DNA of 44,787 bases from a virus (taxonomy: Duplodnaviria; Caudoviricetes). The stretch's first letter is position 1. Each line of letters starts with the position of its first letter. The stretch is taken from positions 1 to 44,787 of IMG/VR virus record IMGVR_UViG_3300037524_000256; one strand, given 5' to 3'. The position numbers and the translations under genes are program-made. Below the pieces are notes generated by a model. That model was not told where the DNA came from, searched no databases, and worked only from the letters and a program-made list of their open reading frames with translations. Positions 1 through 7,826 of the stretch are shown piece by piece.

Positions 1-127
1 CAGAGGCTTCGGGCCGCGTGACGGGCTCGTCGCTGAATAGCCTCTGCTGCCGATAAGCCGCGTCTATTCTTTCGCAGGCAATTTGGAAATAACGCTCCTC
101 TATCTCAATGCCGATGAACTTGCGGCC
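1..127. repeat. 127-bp direct repeat, copy 1 (identical to 43111-43237)
   Basis: cagaggcttc...gaacttgcggcc identical; next base c vs g. Confidence 0.95.
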
Positions 128-664
128 CAAGTTCGCGCAGGCAACGCCCGTGGTGCCGCTGCCCATGAAAGGGTCGAGGATCGTGCTAGCATCCGGCAGA
201 AGCGAAAGACACCAAGCCATAAGCGCGACCGGCTTCTGTGTGGCGTGCTGCTTGCCGTCTTTCAGCGCCAATGCTCGCGGGTAATCAAATATCCGCGCCG
301 CTTTGCGCTGGCTCGACCAAGCGAACTCACAGTCGGCAAGCGAGAACTCACGCTGCCCCTTATCCCACACCAGCCATTGCATTGTCGGCGGCAGGTAGTC
401 CGTAAAATAGTTTCCGCCCCAGATGATTTGATGGCCGGAAACGTCTCGCATGACATCGAATGCGGCGCGGGCTGGGCGCTCCTTGTCCCGCCCGCTGCAG
501 GGGTAATCAATCCATCCATCTTTCTCGCTGTTGCGGTCGCGAGCGTGATTTATCCCATACGGCGGGTCCGTCACCACCGCATCCACCTTCGGCAACGTCG
601 GCAGGATTTCCAGGCAGTCGCCCAAATACAGGGTGGCGCACCCGATCTGTACGCACTCGGTCAT
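1..664 (-). CDS. DNA methyltransferase, N6A/N4C beta-class, allele A (runs off the window edge; would end at 43094 if 1-43110 is circular)
   Basis: Manual translation from ATG 664 (ATGA overlap with rep stop): MTECVQIGCATLYLGDCLEILPTLPKVDAVVTDPPYG...WGGNYF...HATQKPVALM...ILDPFMGSGTTGVAC; DPPY motif precedes the FxGxG SAM motif; not in ORF track. Confidence 0.92.
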   Translation of the reverse strand, partial: MTECVQIGCATLYLGDCLEILPTLPKVDAVVTDPPYGINHARDRNSEKDGWIDYPCSGRDKERPARAAFDVMRDVSGHQIIWGGNYFTDYLPPTMQWLVWDKGQREFSLADCEFAWSSQRKAARIFDYPRALALKDGKQHATQKPVALMAWCLSLLPDASTILDPFMGSGTTGVACANLGRKFIGIEIEERYFQIACERIDAAYRQQRLFSDEPVTRPEAS

Positions 665-1404
665 TGCTGGCCCAGCCTCCGCATTTCCGCCCTGTTCGCC
701 GCTATGGCAGCAAGCCGCGCCGCCTCGATTTCCTCGGGCGTCGGCTGGCGCTTGACCTTCACTGGTTCGCTCGGCTTTTCCTTGCGCATCCAGTTGCGCC
801 AGCACGCGGGCCAATCGCTGCGGGCCACCGCGAACTCGTGATCCTTGAACTTGGCTGTAGCCGCCAAGACGTTGACGCCGGGGCACTCCCTAGCCGCCCA
901 CGCCCGCATCTCGTCGGTGACTTCAAAGCTATCGGGGCACCTGCGAGTGCCGCGCTTGCGCGGTTCCTCTCTCTCTCTCTTCTTAGAGATAGATTCTTGT
1001 ATTAGAGAACCCGCCAGATTGGCGGTATGGGAACCCGCCAAATTGGCGGTATCAGATACCACCGTTTTGGCGGTATCGATTCCACCGTTTGGTGGAATGG
1101 CGGCGATGGCTTCGTAGCGAACCCGCAGCCAGTTGGTGCGGTCAAACCCGGAGCGTTGCGCGACCTCGATTAGCCCCTGAGACTTGAGGGATGCCGTGAT
1201 GCGCTCCATGCTTCGACGCGACAGGAACGGGCACCACTCCAGCAGAGTGGTTATGCTGATTTGCACCCACTCGTTCGCGTCAGCAGACCGCAGGCGCATC
1301 CGGTAATGGATCTGCTGGAGGACGATGGCCTCTTCTAGCCCGATGGCTTTCGCGAGCGACGGCAACACCTGGAGCGGCGGCTCGTCTATCAGCAGGCGAC
1401 TCAA
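661..1404 (-). CDS. Phage replication initiator (replisome organizer, lambda O-like role), allele A
   Basis: N-terminal LLIDEPPLQVLPSLA..GL.EAIVLQQIHY motif, wHTH-like region, internal iterons, C-terminal DW.A.WRNW motif; lies downstream of Cro-like gene. Confidence 0.8.
   Translation of the reverse strand: MSRLLIDEPPLQVLPSLAKAIGLEEAIVLQQIHYRMRLRSADANEWVQISITTLLEWCPFLSRRSMERITASLKSQGLIEVAQRSGFDRTNWLRVRYEAIAAIPPNGGIDTAKTVVSDTANLAGSHTANLAGSLIQESISKKREREEPRKRGTRRCPDSFEVTDEMRAWAARECPGVNVLAATAKFKDHEFAVARSDWPACWRNWMRKEKPSEPVKVKRQPTPEEIEAARLAAIAANRAEMRRLGQQ
967..1100. repeat. Putative replication origin: four ~24-bp palindromic iterons plus adjacent AT/CT-rich tract
   Basis: gaacCCGCCAgatTGGCGGtatgg (1007-1030), gaacCCGCCAaatTGGCGGtatca (1031-1054), two degenerate copies to ~1100; (CT)n/AT-rich 967-1006. 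Confidence 0.75.
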
Positions 1405-1631
1405 ACCGCCACCCCCGCGAACAGACTGCGCTGCACCGGGCCGCGCAGCCTGTAGCGTGCGTACCGCTTCTTTCCGCGCCGCTCGATGATCGTTTCGATG
1501 TCCAGCCCTTCGGCGCGAAGCGCGTCAATTCTCGCGGCCAATCTGAAACACGAGTACAGGTCGAGGGCTTCTAGCGGCGTGATGTCGCGCCCCGATTCTA
1601 AGTGAGCCCGAATCGAGTCCGTCTGGTTCAT
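1401..1631 (-). CDS. Small winged-HTH DNA-binding protein (HTH_39-like)
   Basis: HLESGRDITPLEAL..Y.CFRLAARI..LR..G..IET pattern. Confidence 0.75.
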   Translation of the reverse strand: MNQTDSIRAHLESGRDITPLEALDLYSCFRLAARIDALRAEGLDIETIIERRGKKRYARYRLRGPVQRSLFAGVAV

Positions 1632-1825
1632 GCGGCATGATCCTTCGGGACTAAATCCTCAAACGGGATGTCCGTTGCCTCGTGCAGCCTCCGCAACATC
1701 GTGCCGCCCGGAGTATTTCGCCCGGCAAGCCAGTTGCGGACACTGTTCTCGCTGGCGCCGATCTTTTCAGCCAAGTCCGCAGGCGTCTTATTGGTGAGCC
1801 TCAACCATTCACGTACTTTCTCCAT
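1628..1825 (-). CDS. Cro/XRE-family HTH regulator
   Basis: TPADLAEKIGASENSVRNWLAGRNTP; 65 aa; first gene after leftward promoter. Confidence 0.85.
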   Translation of the reverse strand: MEKVREWLRLTNKTPADLAEKIGASENSVRNWLAGRNTPGGTMLRRLHEATDIPFEDLVPKDHAA

Positions 1826-1831
1826 GCAGCA

Positions 1832-1860
1832 ATGCTAACGTCTTGTCGCGGTGTTTGCAA
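1832..1860 (-). promoter_or_regulatory. Sigma70-type leftward promoter, probably leaderless into the Cro-like gene
   Basis: TTGCAA-17bp-TAGCAT, then 6 nt to ATG 1825; no SD. Confidence 0.7.
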
Positions 1861-1867
1861 ATACTTG

Positions 1868-1896
1868 TTGCATTCACCAAATCTTTGCGCTACATT
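1868..1896 (+). promoter_or_regulatory. Sigma70-type rightward early promoter
   Basis: TTGCAT-17bp-TACATT, back-to-back with the leftward promoter. Confidence 0.7.
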
Positions 1897-1931
1897 ACGC
1901 CCATGCCCGATTAACGGGCTGGGAGACGAAG

Positions 1932-2249
1932 ATGGCACTCAGCATCCACGAAGCCGCCAGCATCATCGGCGCGAAGCCCGCCAGAGGCTTCCAGTTCAAG
2001 TCCTCGCTGCCGTTCGTGCATGAGGACGCGGCCCCGGCGGGCTGCACTTGGGAATTCGACTACAGCTTCAATTGGGACCGTGGCGATGCGCCCGAAGTCC
2101 TCATCACGCACGTTCGCTTGATGACGAACAGCGGTCAGGAATACCCGATCAAGGTTGCGGACCTCGACGGGCGCTGGATCGCGGAAATGGAAACGCTCAT
2201 CAGCGACGAGCTGGAAGCGTCGATTGATGAGGACTGCATCCATGACTGA
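1932..2249 (+). CDS. Hypothetical early protein
   Basis: GGGAG RBS before ATG 1932; overlaps start of next gene. Confidence 0.7.
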   Translation: MALSIHEAASIIGAKPARGFQFKSSLPFVHEDAAPAGCTWEFDYSFNWDRGDAPEVLITHVRLMTNSGQEYPIKVADLDGRWIAEMETLISDELEASIDEDCIHD

Positions 2250-2892
2250 GCTTGCATGGCACTTCGTCGGTGACACGCTGCGCGATGGCAGGCCCGTTCC
2301 GCCTGATGGCGAATGGCTGGTGCATGAGGGCGCGGCCGTCATGTGCGAGTCAGGACTGCACGCCTCGCGCAAGCCTTCGCATGCGCTCCAGTACGCGCCC
2401 GGCGCGATTCTCTGCCTTGTCGAATGCGATGACATCGTGAGTGAGCAAGACGACAAGCTCGTGTGCCGTCGCCGTCGAATCATCAAGCGCATTGACGCGA
2501 CAGGTCTGCTGCGGGCTTACGCCCGCAAGTGCGCGTTGTCGGTGATCCACTTATGGGACGCGCCCGCTGCCGTCCGTGAGTATCTGGAAACCGGAGACGA
2601 GTCCAAGATGGACGCCGCGAGGGCCGCCGCGAGGGCCGCCGGGAGGGCCGCCGCGAGGGCCGCCGGGAGGGCCGCCGCGTGGGACGCCGCGAGGGCCGCC
2701 GCGTGGGACGCCGCGTGGGACGCCGCGTGGGCCGCCGCGTGGGACGCCGCGTGGGACGCCTCGAGGGCCGCCGCGTGGGCCGCCGCGTGGGACGCCTCGT
2801 GGGCCGCCGCGAGGGCCGCCGCGTGGGCCGCCGAGTGGGCCGTTTGTTTGGCCGACTTCGATGCAATAATCGAGGAGGCTTTCAATGTTTGA
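2242..2892 (+). CDS. Phage protein with CESGLHAS domain and Ala/Trp (AAWD/AARA) repeat tail
   Basis: ATG 2242 after GAGG; VMCESGLHAS..P..AL.YA motif typical of phage accessory proteins. Confidence 0.75.
   Translation: MTELAWHFVGDTLRDGRPVPPDGEWLVHEGAAVMCESGLHASRKPSHALQYAPGAILCLVECDDIVSEQDDKLVCRRRRIIKRIDATGLLRAYARKCALSVIHLWDAPAAVREYLETGDESKMDAARAAARAAGRAAARAAGRAAAWDAARAAAWDAAWDAAWAAAWDAAWDASRAAAWAAAWDASWAAARAAAWAAEWAVCLADFDAIIEEAFNV
2611..2841 (+). repeat. 12-bp tandem coding repeat (gccgccgcgagg / gacgccgcgtgg variants)
   Basis: About 19 degenerate 12-nt units; causes the repetitive shadow ORFs in other frames. Confidence 0.9.
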
Positions 2893-3079
2893 CCTAGACG
2901 GCATCGCCCTGCTGCTCATCTTTGCAGTCATCGGCATCGGGTTTCTGGTCGGGGCCGCGTGCGTCGAACGGCTGGTAGAGCCGCGTAAGCGCCGCTTTAC
3001 GCAGCGGGATCACGTGGCCGAGGCCAAGCGGCGAATCACTCGGAGAGCGTTTAAGACGCGAGCGGGGATCAGGCAATGA
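2885..3079 (+). CDS. Small single-pass membrane protein
   Basis: GAGGAGG RBS; hydrophobic N-terminus, basic tail. Confidence 0.65.
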   Translation: MFDLDGIALLLIFAVIGIGFLVGAACVERLVEPRKRRFTQRDHVAEAKRRITRRAFKTRAGIRQ

Positions 3080-3283
3080 GCATCGCCAGCGACACATTGC
3101 AGGCCGACCTAACGCTGGAGCTTCGCCGCTCTCGCCGCGACTCGCAATGCGCTGGAGCGGGCAAACGAGGCGAAGGCATCGCTCGAACGCCAGAACGAGC
3201 GGCTGCGGAAGGTCTGCAAAGCAATGGGCTTCAAGGCGCACCAGATGGCCTTGGAGATGGAACAACTGAGCCGGGAGGCTTGA
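3076..3283 (+). pseudogene. Small coiled-coil protein with apparent frameshift at ~3124
   Basis: MSIASDTLQADLTLEL continues in +1 frame as AALAATRNALERANEAKASLERQNERLRK...EQLSREA*, stopping 1 nt before the ERF ATG. Confidence 0.55.
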
Positions 3284-3284
3284 C

Positions 3285-3938
3285 ATGGAACTCAGAGAAT
3301 TCGGAGCAATCGCGAAGGCGCTCGCCGCCGCGCAGGCCGAGATGACCAATCCGGCCTTCGACTCGCAAAACCCGCACTTCAGGTCGCGGTTCGCGAGCCT
3401 TGCCAGCGTCCGCAACGCCGTCGTTCCGGTGCTGGCCCGCCACGGGATCAGCATGACGCAGGACGTGACCACGACCGACAAGGGAATCGCCTGCACGACG
3501 ACTCTCTGGCACGAGTCGGGGCAGTGCCTCGCCTTCGGGCCGCTCGTGATGCCCGCCAGCAAGCCCGACGCGCAGGGGTTCGGCTCTGCCGCCACCTACG
3601 CCCGTCGATACGCCCTGATGGCCGTATGCGGCGTGGTGGGCGATGACGACGACGACGCCAACACCGCAAGCGGCAAGCCTGCCGCCCCGGTCGCCGTGAA
3701 CCAGGGCAAGGGCATCGGCGTACACAGCCCGCTCGGTGACGTGAAGGTGGACGACCGGGCCGTAGCCTACGCCGACGCTTTCCGTGAGGCCCTGACCAAT
3801 GGCGACGTTTCTCAGGTCGCGGCTGACCTCAAGGCCGAGGAGGACCACGAGGAACTGTATCGCGCCGTTTGGTCGCTGCTCGACAGCAAGGCCCGCAGCG
3901 AGATCAAGCGCCGGCTGGCGAACAAGGAAGCGGCGTAA
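3285..3938 (+). CDS. erf: ERF-family single-strand annealing recombinase
   Basis: NPHFRSRFASL...HESGQ...QGFGSAATYARRYAL...DDDDAN signature. Confidence 0.92.
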   Translation: MELREFGAIAKALAAAQAEMTNPAFDSQNPHFRSRFASLASVRNAVVPVLARHGISMTQDVTTTDKGIACTTTLWHESGQCLAFGPLVMPASKPDAQGFGSAATYARRYALMAVCGVVGDDDDDANTASGKPAAPVAVNQGKGIGVHSPLGDVKVDDRAVAYADAFREALTNGDVSQVAADLKAEEDHEELYRAVWSLLDSKARSEIKRRLANKEAA

Positions 3939-4294
3939 TGGACGCGGCAAGAGGTGATGAGATTCCCTACGGAGAGCCCATGAAGATTCCCGAACACATG
4001 GACAGCACGGACCTTTGGGTAGATGACGGCAAGCCCGTCACCAAGGACGAACTGCGCAAGGCGTGCCGGGACTGGCTAGACGATCATGCTGAGGTAGGCG
4101 ACGACTTCGACGCCGCCGAGTTTTTCGAGGGCTACGTGGACCCGGAAGGCCCGTTCCGCTACTCGGGCAGCTTCGATGCGTGGGACGGCATCCTGTCTAT
4201 CATGGACGTGGACCCGCGCACGATCTTCGATGCGATCCAGGAATACGTGCGGGACAACAGGCCGATGGACCCGCGCAAGGGGCCGAATCAGTGA
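3938..4294 (+). CDS. Hypothetical acidic protein
   Basis: TAATG coupling to ERF stop. Confidence 0.65.
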   Translation: MDAARGDEIPYGEPMKIPEHMDSTDLWVDDGKPVTKDELRKACRDWLDDHAEVGDDFDAAEFFEGYVDPEGPFRYSGSFDAWDGILSIMDVDPRTIFDAIQEYVRDNRPMDPRKGPNQ

Positions 4295-4521
4295 CAACGA
4301 TCACCCTGACGATTGACGAGGCATCAGCCCTTGAGCGGTTGCTGTGGCGGCGTTGCAGCAGGACGGGTGAAAGCTTCCCGGACAGCTACGAGGCCGAGCG
4401 GGCTGTGTGGCGCAAGTTGACTGCCGCCATTGAAAACCGCTGCCCCGACTGCGGCGGAAAGGGCGGGGTCGCCCCCAACGGGGTGCGCTATTGCAACTGT
4501 GACGATGAGGAAGCGGCGTGA
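4291..4521 (+). CDS. Hypothetical protein with C-terminal CxxC...CxC zinc motif
   Basis: GTGA coupling; CPDCGGKGG...CNC. Confidence 0.6.
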   Translation: MTTITLTIDEASALERLLWRRCSRTGESFPDSYEAERAVWRKLTAAIENRCPDCGGKGGVAPNGVRYCNCDDEEAA

Positions 4522-4862
4522 ACCCTCCAGGCCGTCCACCGCGCTTCACGCCTGCCGACGTGGAATGGATGCGCCATCAGTACGCATCGGGCCTGTCCAC
4601 TGTGAAGATCGCTGCCGTGCTCAAAACTTCGCACGGCGTCGTGTCGCGCTACCTGAAGGGCCACTGCCGGCACCATGACCTGCACTGGCGTTGGCCGACG
4701 CGCCGCAAGCTCACGGATGCGCAAATCGCTGAAGCGCGGGCACGGACAGGGGCCGGCGAATCGCTGCGGTCGGTCGCTCGTGACTTCGGCGTAGCGTTTA
4801 CGACGGTGCGCAACGCTCTGCTTCGCGGGTATCGCGGGCATCGGAATCAGAGGGCTGCATGA
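4518..4862 (+). CDS. Tandem HTH DNA-binding protein (Hin/resolvase-type HTH x2)
   Basis: GRPPRFT...GLSTVKIAAVL..S...V and KLTDAQI...GESLRSVARDFGV...TV. Confidence 0.7.
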   Translation: MNPPGRPPRFTPADVEWMRHQYASGLSTVKIAAVLKTSHGVVSRYLKGHCRHHDLHWRWPTRRKLTDAQIAEARARTGAGESLRSVARDFGVAFTTVRNALLRGYRGHRNQRAA

Positions 4863-5179
4863 TTAGCGAAAACCGCGTCGAAGCTGCCGTCGAGTACCTG
4901 CGCGACACCGCACAGCAGTACGGTCAGGCACGAGGCCGCGCCCTGTACACCGAGAACAACCTGCGCCGGGTCAAGTCGCTGGTGATGCTCGAGCACCAGG
5001 GGTCCATCGGTGAACGCGAGGCGCAGGCTTACGCGAGCGATCAGTACAAGCAGGCGCTCGAGGACATGGAAAACGCCGTGGCCGAGTCCGAGACGATCCG
5101 GGCGCTACGGGATGCGGCGCAGTACACCATCGAGACCTGGAGATCGCAGAATTCTGCGCGGCGGCAGGGCAACGTATGA
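4859..5179 (+). CDS. Helical phage protein (possibly UvsY-like recombination mediator)
   Basis: EREAQAYAS..Y and IETWRSQNS.RR motifs; near ERF. Confidence 0.55.
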   Translation: MISENRVEAAVEYLRDTAQQYGQARGRALYTENNLRRVKSLVMLEHQGSIGEREAQAYASDQYKQALEDMENAVAESETIRALRDAAQYTIETWRSQNSARRQGNV

Positions 5180-5460
5180 GCAAACTTCGCGAAGCGGCCC
5201 GCGACCAGCCCTGCATCCGCTGCGGGCGTCAGGACGGCACGACCGTGGGTGCGCACTACACCGGGGTGCGCCGCCTGGAATTGGGCGGGGGCTTCGGGCG
5301 CAAGGTGCACGACATGGCGATGGCTCACCTCTGCGCCGAATGCCACAGACACATGGACGGCAACCGGGATCGCGAAACCCGGTGGGAGCACAGTGAGGAA
5401 TTCCTGCTGCTCTGCGTCAAGACGGCGATGCGGCTTTACGATCAGGGGGTCATCAAGTGA
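5176..5460 (+). CDS. DUF1364/YbcO-like putative HNH-type nuclease
   Basis: KLREAARDQPCIRCG...TTVGAH...G.G.K..D...AHLCAECH..D. Confidence 0.75.
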   Translation: MSKLREAARDQPCIRCGRQDGTTVGAHYTGVRRLELGGGFGRKVHDMAMAHLCAECHRHMDGNRDRETRWEHSEEFLLLCVKTAMRLYDQGVIK

Positions 5461-5665
5461 CGCCCCCTTGGTTTGCAAAGAACTGGCGCGAGTTGTACGC
5501 CGCCCTCTTGAGGGAAATGCGCCTGCGGGAGCGGCTGGCGAAGGCGAGGCGCTGCTGCGGATGATCGCCACCTACCGGGCCGATGACGGTCAGTGCGACA
5601 ACGGGTACACCCCCGGCCACATTGCTCGCGCCTACTTCGCAGCGGACAGCGCATCCTTCCTGTGA
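5457..5665 (+). pseudogene. Small protein with apparent 1-nt deletion at ~5545
   Basis: MTPPWFAKNWRELYAALLREMRLRERLAK-(gc)-EALLRMIATY...AYFAADSASFL*; restored RLAKAEALLR resembles RLAEAEALLR...FLAADS of the gene at 41673-41966. Confidence 0.5.
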
Positions 5666-5737
5666 CGGTGGAGAGTGCGGGCTCGGCGGGCACTGCGAGG
5701 ATTGCCCGAAAGCGGATCAACCGGAGGCTGTTGGCCC

Positions 5738-5766
5738 TTGACTGTGACATGTCACTGTGCTATCAT
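5738..5766 (+). promoter_or_regulatory. Internal sigma70 promoter with palindromic operator in the spacer
   Basis: TTGACT-17bp-TATCAT; spacer holds perfect palindrome GTGACATGTCAC (5744-5755); GGAGGT RBS follows. Confidence 0.8.
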
Positions 5767-5785
5767 GTATGCGTGGAGGTGAAAC

Positions 5786-5995
5786 ATGAAAGCACGCAAA
5801 GTCAACGTCAACCCTGAGACTGGCAGCGATCAGGACAAATGCCCAGGCTGCGGGAAGTTCCTGCCCTACGATGACACGCAGCACTACTACCACTGCGCGG
5901 AGCGGTGCAAGTCAGCCGACGAATGGGACATGCACCCGGTCGCGGCGTTCTGCTCCGAGAAGTGCGCGACGAGGTTCCACAGTGAAGCAAGATAG
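5786..5995 (+). CDS. Small Cys-rich zinc-binding protein
   Basis: CPGCG...FCSEKCA; strong RBS. Confidence 0.7.
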   Translation: MKARKVNVNPETGSDQDKCPGCGKFLPYDDTQHYYHCAERCKSADEWDMHPVAAFCSEKCATRFHSEAR

Positions 5996-6176
5996 ATCGG
6001 CGGTCGCTCGACTGGCGGCAGAGAGGAAGCGCAAGGAGCGCAGCCGCATGAGGGCTGCTGGATTCGTCCTTCGGCAGCTATGGGTGCATCCGCAGGATTG
6101 GGATGCGGTCAGGACTTACGTCGAGCGCAAGCGCAAACATAGAGCAGCGGACAAATCGAACGAGAGGGTCAAATGA
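5982..6176 (+). CDS. Small basic DNA-binding protein (RHH/DUF3018-like)
   Basis: GTG 5982; AERKRKERSRMRAAGFVLRQLWVHPQD motif. Confidence 0.65.
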   Translation: MKQDRSAVARLAAERKRKERSRMRAAGFVLRQLWVHPQDWDAVRTYVERKRKHRAADKSNERVK

Positions 6177-6586
6177 CTACATCAGTACAGGTAAGTCAGG
6201 ACTTCCAGACGCGGCTTTTCGAGAAGATCCGCGCCGATATCGGCTCGCTGATGACGGACGACGAGATCAAGAAGCTGGTCGAGTCGGCTATCGAGCGGAT
6301 CTTCTTCACCGAGCGCGTGACAAAGGACGGCTACGGCTACCAGCGGACGACGCAGCCGCCCGAGCTGGTCGAGGTCGTCAAAGCGGCGGTCGAGCCGAAG
6401 GTGAAAGAGGCCGTTCAGGATTGGATCGCCGCTCACCCCGATGAAGTGAAGCGGGCGCTCGATCAGGCGCTTGCTGGCGGACTCGCGCAGGCCGTTGTCC
6501 GGGCGTTCGACACGATGCTGTCGAACACCATGAGCCAGATGCAGTTCAACTTGCAGGAATCGCTCGCACGGGCGCTGCAAAAGTGA
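6173..6586 (+). CDS. Hypothetical helical protein (last gene of rightward arm)
   Basis: ATGA coupling, GAGGG RBS. Confidence 0.7.
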   Translation: MTTSVQVSQDFQTRLFEKIRADIGSLMTDDEIKKLVESAIERIFFTERVTKDGYGYQRTTQPPELVEVVKAAVEPKVKEAVQDWIAAHPDEVKRALDQALAGGLAQAVVRAFDTMLSNTMSQMQFNLQESLARALQK

Positions 6587-6603
6587 CACGCGCTGTCAAA
6601 TCG

Positions 6604-7098
6604 TCAGTCAGCGGCAAGTGACCGATTCCACTCCTGAAGCGCCCTGAGCCTCGCCGCTACTTCGTCGGCTTCGCGGGCGAGGTCGTAGAGCCTTCCACCA
6701 ATATCCGGTCCAGCCGGTCCTGAAACGACCCCGGCGGCGGGGCCGGCACCATCAGAGGCTCCGGCGGGGCCGGCACCTTGCACGTTACCTGGATCGGTGC
6801 ACACCCTGACAACCCGAGCAGGGCGATTCCGCACAGCAGCAAGTTCCGCCTCATAGCTTCCGACCACCTTCGCGTTTGTTTCAATGTGGGCCGCTTCCAG
6901 GGCCTTCTGGCGCTTGTCGCACTCCGACCCTTCCCCGCAGGCCCGCTCATTGACAAGCTGCGCCTTGACGAAATCCAGTTCTTTGTAAGCCCGCAGCCAT
7001 TCAGACACGCGCCAGCCCGTGAGGGCTACAACGGCTACAATCAGTGTCCAAATGGCCACTTTTCTGTAGTCCCATAGGATTTTGAGGAACAGGGCCAT
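6604..7098 (-). CDS. i-spanin (Rz-like)
   Basis: N-terminal TM, coiled coil, embedded lipoprotein ORF; end of lysis region. Confidence 0.8.
   Translation of the reverse strand: MALFLKILWDYRKVAIWTLIVAVVALTGWRVSEWLRAYKELDFVKAQLVNERACGEGSECDKRQKALEAAHIETNAKVVGSYEAELAAVRNRPARVVRVCTDPGNVQGAGPAGASDGAGPAAGVVSGPAGPDIGGRLYDLAREADEVAARLRALQEWNRSLAAD
6657..6854 (-). CDS. o-spanin (Rz1-like) lipoprotein embedded in Rz
   Basis: MRRNLLLCGIALLGLSG-C lipobox followed by Pro-rich segment. Confidence 0.8.
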   Translation of the reverse strand: MRRNLLLCGIALLGLSGCAPIQVTCKVPAPPEPLMVPAPPPGSFQDRLDRILVEGSTTSPAKPTK

Positions 7099-7283
7099 CA
7101 GTTTTCCAAGCTCCCCATGACCGCCTCCAGTTCCTTGACCGCCCGCACCACCTCATCATTCACCGCGTAGGGATCGGCAAGCGTTCCCTTTAGCGCGGCG
7201 TCGTGCAGCAGTTTGATAGCGTTGAGCCGGTTCACGACAGACCGCAGGTATTCGCGGCGGCGCTCGTTGGTCCATTCGTTCAT
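7098..7283 (-). CDS. Hypothetical protein
   Basis: Coupled overlaps at both ends. Confidence 0.55.
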   Translation of the reverse strand: MNEWTNERRREYLRSVVNRLNAIKLLHDAALKGTLADPYAVNDEVVRAVKELEAVMGSLEN

Positions 7284-7759
7284 GCAGCGCCCCTTATGTG
7301 CTGACCCTGACGAATGCGGGATTCATTCCCGCGCCTGGAGTTCTCCGAGTGCGTGACCCATTCCATGTTGTCCAACTCATAGCCTCGCGATGAATCAACG
7401 CGATCCACGCTTGGGGTGTACTGGCGGGCGTAGCCCGAAACTTCCCACGCCGCAAAAAGCTCGTGGAAAGACGGGTGCGTAATCGCCCACTCGTAGAATT
7501 GCTCTTTGGGAAGCAGCGGCTTCCCTGAGTACAGGTGCGACTTGCGCCACTGCACGCCCTCAACGCGAGACTTCATGTTGCGGTAAGCCCGCATCAAAAA
7601 GCCAAACTTGGTTTTCGTGTAATGAACGTTATAGCGGCGCAGGTATGCGTTCCTGCACGGCTTGCAATGCTTCTCCCGCCCGTTTGGCTGGAGGCGGTTC
7701 TTAACAAACAAGTCAAGCGGCTTTTCTTCGCCGCAACGGGTACACTTCTGCGAAGCCAC
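7280..7759 (-). CDS. Free-standing HNH homing endonuclease with N-terminal Zn finger
   Basis: CTRCGEEK...F...CKPC; PSVDRVDSSRGYELDNMEWVTHSEN. Confidence 0.8.
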   Translation of the reverse strand: MASQKCTRCGEEKPLDLFVKNRLQPNGREKHCKPCRNAYLRRYNVHYTKTKFGFLMRAYRNMKSRVEGVQWRKSHLYSGKPLLPKEQFYEWAITHPSFHELFAAWEVSGYARQYTPSVDRVDSSRGYELDNMEWVTHSENSRRGNESRIRQGQHIRGAA

Positions 7760-7826
7760 GATGCCCTCCTTCTTAGGGTGTGGTGGTTAGGGGTGCGTGC
7801 GGTGTTACCAGCACCGTCGCGCCCCG
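7756..7826 (-). promoter_or_regulatory. Structured 5' leader of HNH gene (two hairpins, second sequesters RBS and start codon)
   Basis: GGGGCGCG..CGGTG-CTGGTAA-CACCG..CGCACCCC, then CCACACCCT-AAGAAGG-AGGGCATCGTGG. Confidence 0.55.

Noticed and set aside
1-127. Physical direct terminal repeat or att site
   Set aside because: Second copy is internal, lies within a gene, has assembler k-mer length, and no integrase is seen
83-841. 252-aa + strand ORF and other long antisense ORFs opposite late genes
   Set aside because: Shadows of real minus-strand genes in GC-rich DNA; no motifs or RBS
2483-2937. Repetitive ORFs (RRPT, RGGP, AASH) and CRISPR-like appearance
   Set aside because: Alternative frames of a 12-bp tandem repeat; no unique spacers and no cas genes
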